Source: Escherichia phage FL33
Direction: 5' to 3' (one strand)
DNA length: 64,000 nucleotides
Sequence record: PP400788
The notes below the pieces were generated by a model, which saw only the letters and a list, made by a program, of their open reading frames with translations, was not told the origin of the DNA and searched no databases. The translations under genes were made by a program, and so were the position numbers. Positions 59,175 through 64,000 of this stretch are shown piece after piece (position 1 is the first letter of the stretch; each line of letters begins with the position of its first letter).

Positions 59175-61271
59175 TTATCCTTGAACGAACTTGTAAGGCA
59201 TGTTTGTAATATCTATGCAAGACGCAATAATTCCAAGAGATGATTCTACTTTCTGTTTAATATTTGATGAAACAAATGATGCAAAGTCAACTCTGTCTTC
59301 TATTTCAATATCACCTGTCATTGCAACTACTTCGCCGGTTTCCATTAAATGGTCTCCGTCATAGATTACCGATTCAGTGAGTTCTTCTGTGGTCATAACT
59401 TCAGCTTGAATGAGTTTTGTATTATTAGACGTGGTTCCGTCATTATTAGAAGCATCAGTTATTTTATTAACTTTAACCATCAATCCGCGCGGTAGAATAA
59501 CTTCAGCTTCTGTTGCTATTCCGAGACTTCCTGGATATACAACATTAACTTTATGAGCTCCATCAATTGCCCATCCTATTTGAACTTTAACGTATTCAGG
59601 ATTTTCTTTATACGCTCTTATTTCGTTTGGATTAATAGTTATTCCTTCTTCATTTTTATCAACCGTTAATTCGTTACGAGCTTCTGGTTCTAAAAGACCA
59701 ATACCAGCATGTGTAATTCCAAAACGCCCAAAAATGATAGGAGTTAAAGAAGTAGATACAAAATTTCTGAAATAGAACACTTTATTTTTAACTAGCGCTT
59801 CGTATATAGGAGCAGTCATACTTTGAGCACGATAAACTGTAATGCCTTCCGGTATGCGGTCACCATTTTCAAAAGCTGAATCTAAATTATTTATAGCAGA
59901 TTCAATTTCTTTTTCACTCATTACATCATATCGTTCTGGATTGTAACGACCTAAAAGAAGATTATTGATGTCAGTATATCCTGAACCACAATACTCTCTA
60001 ATGCCGCGCTTTTGTGATGGAGTATATTTAGAACCATCACGGGCAATAGTAATATCAATCATTGGACCTGCACCAATTCCAGAAAAACTATAAATCATTC
60101 TTTTGAGGAATTTAGTTTTTGCTGCGTTCCAGGAATTTTTAGTCATTTCTTCCCAGACTTCATCTGGCTGCCCTTTACGAGTTTTATTATGTTTATCAAG
60201 CCAATTATCTTTATATTCTTCAAAGAGTTGATTAACAGCTGCTGCGTATTTCTCTAAACATTTTATTGAAGTAGTTGGTTCATTTTTAATCGCATTAAGA
60301 ATTACATCTTTAATTTTTTCAGAAACTTCATTAACCTCACTTTTTGAAAAGAATTTATAGTCATAATGAAGTTCATTCGCAGTTCCTTCGGCAATAATTT
60401 TTGCTGCCTTAGTTTTAGAAGCTAATGAATTAATTCCAAGCTTCATTTCTTCTGCTTCGGGAATTAAAGGAGCGGTAGCAGGTTTATTGAAATTAGCTGC
60501 GGTAGATTCATACTTCTGGAATAATTCACTTTCAAATCTAGAAGATTCCAATGACTGACTTTGTGCAATTGCTCTACGGGAAATTTTAACTTTAACGATT
60601 ACAGCTTGGTCAGAACGTTTATCATTTTCTTGTGCAATAGATGCTGCAATTGCCTCATTTTTAGTTACTTGAGCTCCAGTATCTTTATTGATATAAACAT
60701 CACCGACCTTCGATTCAACTTTAGTAAAGAGCTCGGTACTAATTTCCGGAACCCCTGGAATGTCTTCTAGTGATACATTTTTGCGATGTATAAGAATATA
60801 TGCATACTTTTTATCATAATCCCAGAGTTCCTTAAGAAGGACGTATCTGCCACCTGAACGACTACGGATAAGTCTATCAGCAATAACTTGAATTTGTCTA
60901 GCTTGACCAGCAGTTTTAGACTTAAGAATACGGAGCATACAAGCATCAATTTTATACTGACGCATTGTTTGCATTGCAACAGTAAAAACCGAATTGATAT
61001 AATTAATTGGGCTTGGACCAAGACCTTTCAATTTAGCAATTGAACCTTTAGCAGTTAATGTAAAAGGAACAATATGCATCATTTTATCGCCCATCTTTAA
61101 ATCACGGTTAGTATCACCTCCAGATGTATAGGTACATAAACGAAAGCCTGGTTGCTCAATTGCGTCATCAACATGAACTGAAAAAATTTGCGGTATTTTC
61201 TTCTTTGGATTTAAGTTTGTAATCGGAAGAGTAGTATCTTCGTCAAATAATTCTGTAATAAGTTCCATCAT
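59175..61271 (-). CDS. alt: Alt ADP-ribosyltransferase (head-packaged, modifies host RNA polymerase in T4)
   Basis: 698 aa; ART core YRAQ / FVSTSL / EAEVILPRG; assignment of this copy as alt proper (versus alt.-2) is by position next to gene 30 and is not certain. Confidence 0.75.
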   Translation of the reverse strand: MMELITELFDEDTTLPITNLNPKKKIPQIFSVHVDDAIEQPGFRLCTYTSGGDTNRDLKMGDKMMHIVPFTLTAKGSIAKLKGLGPSPINYINSVFTVAMQTMRQYKIDACMLRILKSKTAGQARQIQVIADRLIRSRSGGRYVLLKELWDYDKKYAYILIHRKNVSLEDIPGVPEISTELFTKVESKVGDVYINKDTGAQVTKNEAIAASIAQENDKRSDQAVIVKVKISRRAIAQSQSLESSRFESELFQKYESTAANFNKPATAPLIPEAEEMKLGINSLASKTKAAKIIAEGTANELHYDYKFFSKSEVNEVSEKIKDVILNAIKNEPTTSIKCLEKYAAAVNQLFEEYKDNWLDKHNKTRKGQPDEVWEEMTKNSWNAAKTKFLKRMIYSFSGIGAGPMIDITIARDGSKYTPSQKRGIREYCGSGYTDINNLLLGRYNPERYDVMSEKEIESAINNLDSAFENGDRIPEGITVYRAQSMTAPIYEALVKNKVFYFRNFVSTSLTPIIFGRFGITHAGIGLLEPEARNELTVDKNEEGITINPNEIRAYKENPEYVKVQIGWAIDGAHKVNVVYPGSLGIATEAEVILPRGLMVKVNKITDASNNDGTTSNNTKLIQAEVMTTEELTESVIYDGDHLMETGEVVAMTGDIEIEDRVDFASFVSSNIKQKVESSLGIIASCIDITNMPYKFVQG

Positions 61272-61281
61272 ATCCTCTCTA

Positions 61282-61289
61282 GTGTTTAT
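61282..61289 (-). promoter_or_regulatory. Candidate late promoter (TATAAATA on minus strand) upstream of alt
   Basis: Forward TATTTATA at 61282-61289, about 11 nt upstream of the alt start; spacing is tight so the call is tentative. Confidence 0.4.
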
Positions 61290-61320
61290 TCTATTTATAA
61301 AATTAAAGGCCCGAAGGCCT

Positions 61321-61509
61321 TTAATAATCTAGTGGTAAGAGAGTACGATATATTTCAAATTTTGGACCTTTTTCATAGGCATCAAATGTTTCTGTGAATT
61401 TATTATAAGCATATGCATCTATAAATTCAAGCATGATTTGTGATACAGAAGTAGAAACATCTCCACCTTCTTTTTGAGCAATGACAATTGTTTCTAAGTA
61501 AGCTTTCAT
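61321..61509 (-). CDS. Hypothetical protein (alt.1 position)
   Basis: 62 aa ORF between DNA ligase and alt; start overlaps ligase stop. Confidence 0.55.
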   Translation of the reverse strand: MKAYLETIVIAQKEGGDVSTSVSQIMLEFIDAYAYNKFTETFDAYEKGPKFEIYRTLLPLDY

Positions 61510-62966
61510 AGACCAGTTACCTCATGAAAATCACCAAATACATCTTCGAATGTATTAGCTTTAGTTTTATCTTCACGTAAACGAATCGCAATCGGAAGAA
61601 ATAATTTAACGTAATCAGTACGGCCATCAGATTTTAACCAACCGTTGCATTCGCACTCTAGAATTTTTCCAATATAATAATTTTGGTTTTCCATAATGCG
61701 AGTACGGTCAAGTTCATGCGATTTTACGCCGGCTTTATCTTTTAAGCCTGAACCAGCATTTACCTTAATTTTTCCACACTCTGATTCAAGAATAAATCCA
61801 CCTGCTTTAGTAGGGTCTTTACGGTGAGGATAAATTCCTACAATTTTTAAATCAACATCAATTACTTCTTTAAATTTATAAAGATTTTTTGAACGAGCAT
61901 TTTCCCACAATCCATCGGTATTTTTGAGAATAATACCTTCAAGACCTTGGTCAATATATTTTTTATAAATTACCTTAGCTTCATCTAGGTTATTTACTAC
62001 TTGGTTTTCAATTAAAATTACTTTATCATATCCTGATGTCATTTGTTCTAGTTTAGAAAAACGTACATCATATTTTAAACGAAACGCCGGAAGACCGTAT
62101 ATTTCTACCAACGGAACATAATCCCAGACCTGAAACTTCATGCATTTGGCTTCTTTTTCTGAAATAGTTCCCTTTAAAGATTTATTGGCGATTCCATTAG
62201 AAGCAGTACGAGATTCAGCTACTTCGGCAAACTCTTTAGCTTTACTATTTTCAGGAGCATCAAAAAGAAAATCTAGGCCTTCTGGTTCCTTTTCAACTTG
62301 CTCATGGTATACCAATTCGCCATCGATTAACACGCCTTCTGGATGAATCTGGCGGGCTTCAGCAGTCATTTTGATTAACTCTTCCTTAAGAAGATCTAAT
62401 CCTAGGTATTCATTGCCAGCTCGCGATAAAAGACGAACATCATCTAATTCATCACCTCGGACTTCAGCAAAACACCGAGCTCCATCTGCTTTTAACTGCG
62501 CAAAAGCTGGAAATTTGATATTCTTACTAATGCCTTTTTCATCATAAGAACTTGCAAGCATTTGAGGTTGTTCAGGAATTAAACCTGGCCAAACTTTGTT
62601 TGCAATAGATACTGAAGCACCGCATTCAAGGTCTCGCATCATAACTCGACGTAGTACTTCAACATCATCCTTTTTACCATCGGTGATATATCCAGTTAAT
62701 TCCTCAATTGCTGCATTTCCAGTCAATTTCCGAGTAGCTAACGTAAATTCAATAAAGTCAAGCATATCGGTAATAGTCAGCATTCCAAAACTCTGGGTAG
62801 CAATACCGGGTTTAGGCCATTTCTTGATATAATACTGTAACCCACGAGAATAAGTCAGACGATATACTCGTTTAAGCAATTCATTATCTTTATTCTTTTC
62901 AAGAATTGCTTGCTTCTGCTTAGTTGATCCAATAGATGCTATTTCATTCAGAATTTTAAGAATCAT
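61506..62966 (-). CDS. 30: ATP-dependent DNA ligase
   Basis: 486 aa MILKILNEIASIGSTKQKQAILEKNKDNELLKRVY...; adenylation motif KADG (AQLKADGARC). Confidence 0.97.
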   Translation of the reverse strand: MILKILNEIASIGSTKQKQAILEKNKDNELLKRVYRLTYSRGLQYYIKKWPKPGIATQSFGMLTITDMLDFIEFTLATRKLTGNAAIEELTGYITDGKKDDVEVLRRVMMRDLECGASVSIANKVWPGLIPEQPQMLASSYDEKGISKNIKFPAFAQLKADGARCFAEVRGDELDDVRLLSRAGNEYLGLDLLKEELIKMTAEARQIHPEGVLIDGELVYHEQVEKEPEGLDFLFDAPENSKAKEFAEVAESRTASNGIANKSLKGTISEKEAKCMKFQVWDYVPLVEIYGLPAFRLKYDVRFSKLEQMTSGYDKVILIENQVVNNLDEAKVIYKKYIDQGLEGIILKNTDGLWENARSKNLYKFKEVIDVDLKIVGIYPHRKDPTKAGGFILESECGKIKVNAGSGLKDKAGVKSHELDRTRIMENQNYYIGKILECECNGWLKSDGRTDYVKLFLPIAIRLREDKTKANTFEDVFGDFHEVTGL

Positions 62967-63232
62967 TGTTCATCCTTCAGAGTTTGATTTACATCTCTAT
63001 TATAAATCAATTCATCATTAAGCTCAGGCAAAGACTTATGATATGTAGTTCTAACTTTATTTCCTTGCATCCAATGCTTGACGTAAATGAAACCTTGTTC
63101 TACACATTTTTTAAAAATTCGTTCGTCTTTTTGAGCACGGAATTCTGGATTGCATCTAAAAAATTGATTTACGTGACCGTAATCACGTGTAGTATTACCT
63201 TCATTTTCATAAATAGTATGAACAACAAACAT
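62963..63232 (-). CDS. 30.1: Hypothetical protein (30.1 position)
   Basis: 89 aa; ATGA-type overlap with ligase start region. Confidence 0.6.
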   Translation of the reverse strand: MFVVHTIYENEGNTTRDYGHVNQFFRCNPEFRAQKDERIFKKCVEQGFIYVKHWMQGNKVRTTYHKSLPELNDELIYNRDVNQTLKDEQ

Positions 63233-63969
63233 TAGAATGCTCCTTGAAAAATATTATCACCACTAGTAGGTCTATTATACAAATACTCTATGCCACCAGG
63301 TTTAATATAGTTCCATGTCTGAAACGGATGTGTCTGATATGGATGATATAGATAATATGGATTATAAGGATTTAATCCAGGCGTTCTCCAGGTAGTGTTC
63401 CAAGGAAAAGAATCGTTTTTAACCATCTTCTCAATTAGATCTTTTATAGCTTTTTCACTATCAAAACTTTCTTTATTTTCCTTCGGTGAAAAAAGCTTAT
63501 TTTCTACATCATTCCATGTATAAACTCGCTGTGCAGTTTTTGGAATATTATCACGCTCTCCTCGAGCCATCCAATAAACAGGAACATTTAATATTTCACT
63601 CGCGTGGTCGCAGTGGTGAGCGAGATCGTCAATATAACAAATTACGTTATATTTCTCTTTTGCCTTTTTGAACAGCTCTTCTTTTGAAGAATCATGACCA
63701 CACATCATTACTTCTGAGAAGGCACCAGGAAAAAGAGCATTCAAATTAAATTGACGATTCAACAGAGCGTCAATAGAATCACCCAATGCTGTAACAGCTA
63801 CAAAATTATAATCTTCTTTTAATTTGTTAATTACACACAAGGCATCTTTATACGGAGACAAGTAACGAATAAAATCTGAACGATTGTATTTTTCAATTAA
63901 CTTGACGCCAAGTTCTTCGTCACAATTAAAGAGTTTACCTGGAGAAATAAATTTCTCATCTTGGATCAT
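63232..63969 (-). CDS. 30.2: Hypothetical protein (30.2 position); reading frame stays open to the window edge so the true start may lie beyond 64000
   Basis: 245 aa from ATG 63969, but no good SD there and no in-frame stop upstream to 64000. Confidence 0.55.
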   Translation of the reverse strand: MIQDEKFISPGKLFNCDEELGVKLIEKYNRSDFIRYLSPYKDALCVINKLKEDYNFVAVTALGDSIDALLNRQFNLNALFPGAFSEVMMCGHDSSKEELFKKAKEKYNVICYIDDLAHHCDHASEILNVPVYWMARGERDNIPKTAQRVYTWNDVENKLFSPKENKESFDSEKAIKDLIEKMVKNDSFPWNTTWRTPGLNPYNPYYLYHPYQTHPFQTWNYIKPGGIEYLYNRPTSGDNIFQGAF

Positions 63970-64000
63970 TTTTAAAATATGTTCTAATGGAAGATTATAT

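Overview
This window is a contiguous segment of a T4-like (T-even, Tequatrovirus-type) myophage genome, in the same orientation and gene order as the T4 map from denV/e through the DNA ligase region. All gene names are assigned from sequence motifs visible in the translations, synteny and memory of T4; no database search was run. Contents: partial denV, lysozyme e, nudE, a variable block of small membrane and coiled-coil genes, a 10-gene tRNA array on the minus strand, an internal-protein-type gene, 57B/57A/1/3/2/4 on the minus strand, the late morphogenetic block 53-5-5.1-5.4-6-7-8-9-10-11-12-wac-13-14-15-16-17-18-19-20-67-68-21-22-23-24 on the plus strand, then rnlB-24.2-24.3-hoc-inh, segE-uvsW, uvsY, baseplate hub genes 25-26-51-27-28-29-48-54, two tandem Alt-type ADP-ribosyltransferase genes, DNA ligase 30 and 30.1/30.2. 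The phage is close to T4 but not identical. The most interesting departures are: an HNH endonuclease gene wedged exactly between neck genes 13 and 14; an expanded tRNA set (10 instead of T4's 8, adding Tyr and Asn); a tRNA-like fragment/stable-RNA region; late-expressed genes carrying capsid-targeting-sequence N-termini in terminator-flanked cassettes; a tandem family of 2-TM membrane proteins; a possible PspA/IM30-like protein; and no ipII/ipIII between denV and e. The ORF track also uses TTG/GTG starts, so several N-termini were corrected to ATG starts with Shine-Dalgarno support. No CRISPR array, integrase or transposase was seen.
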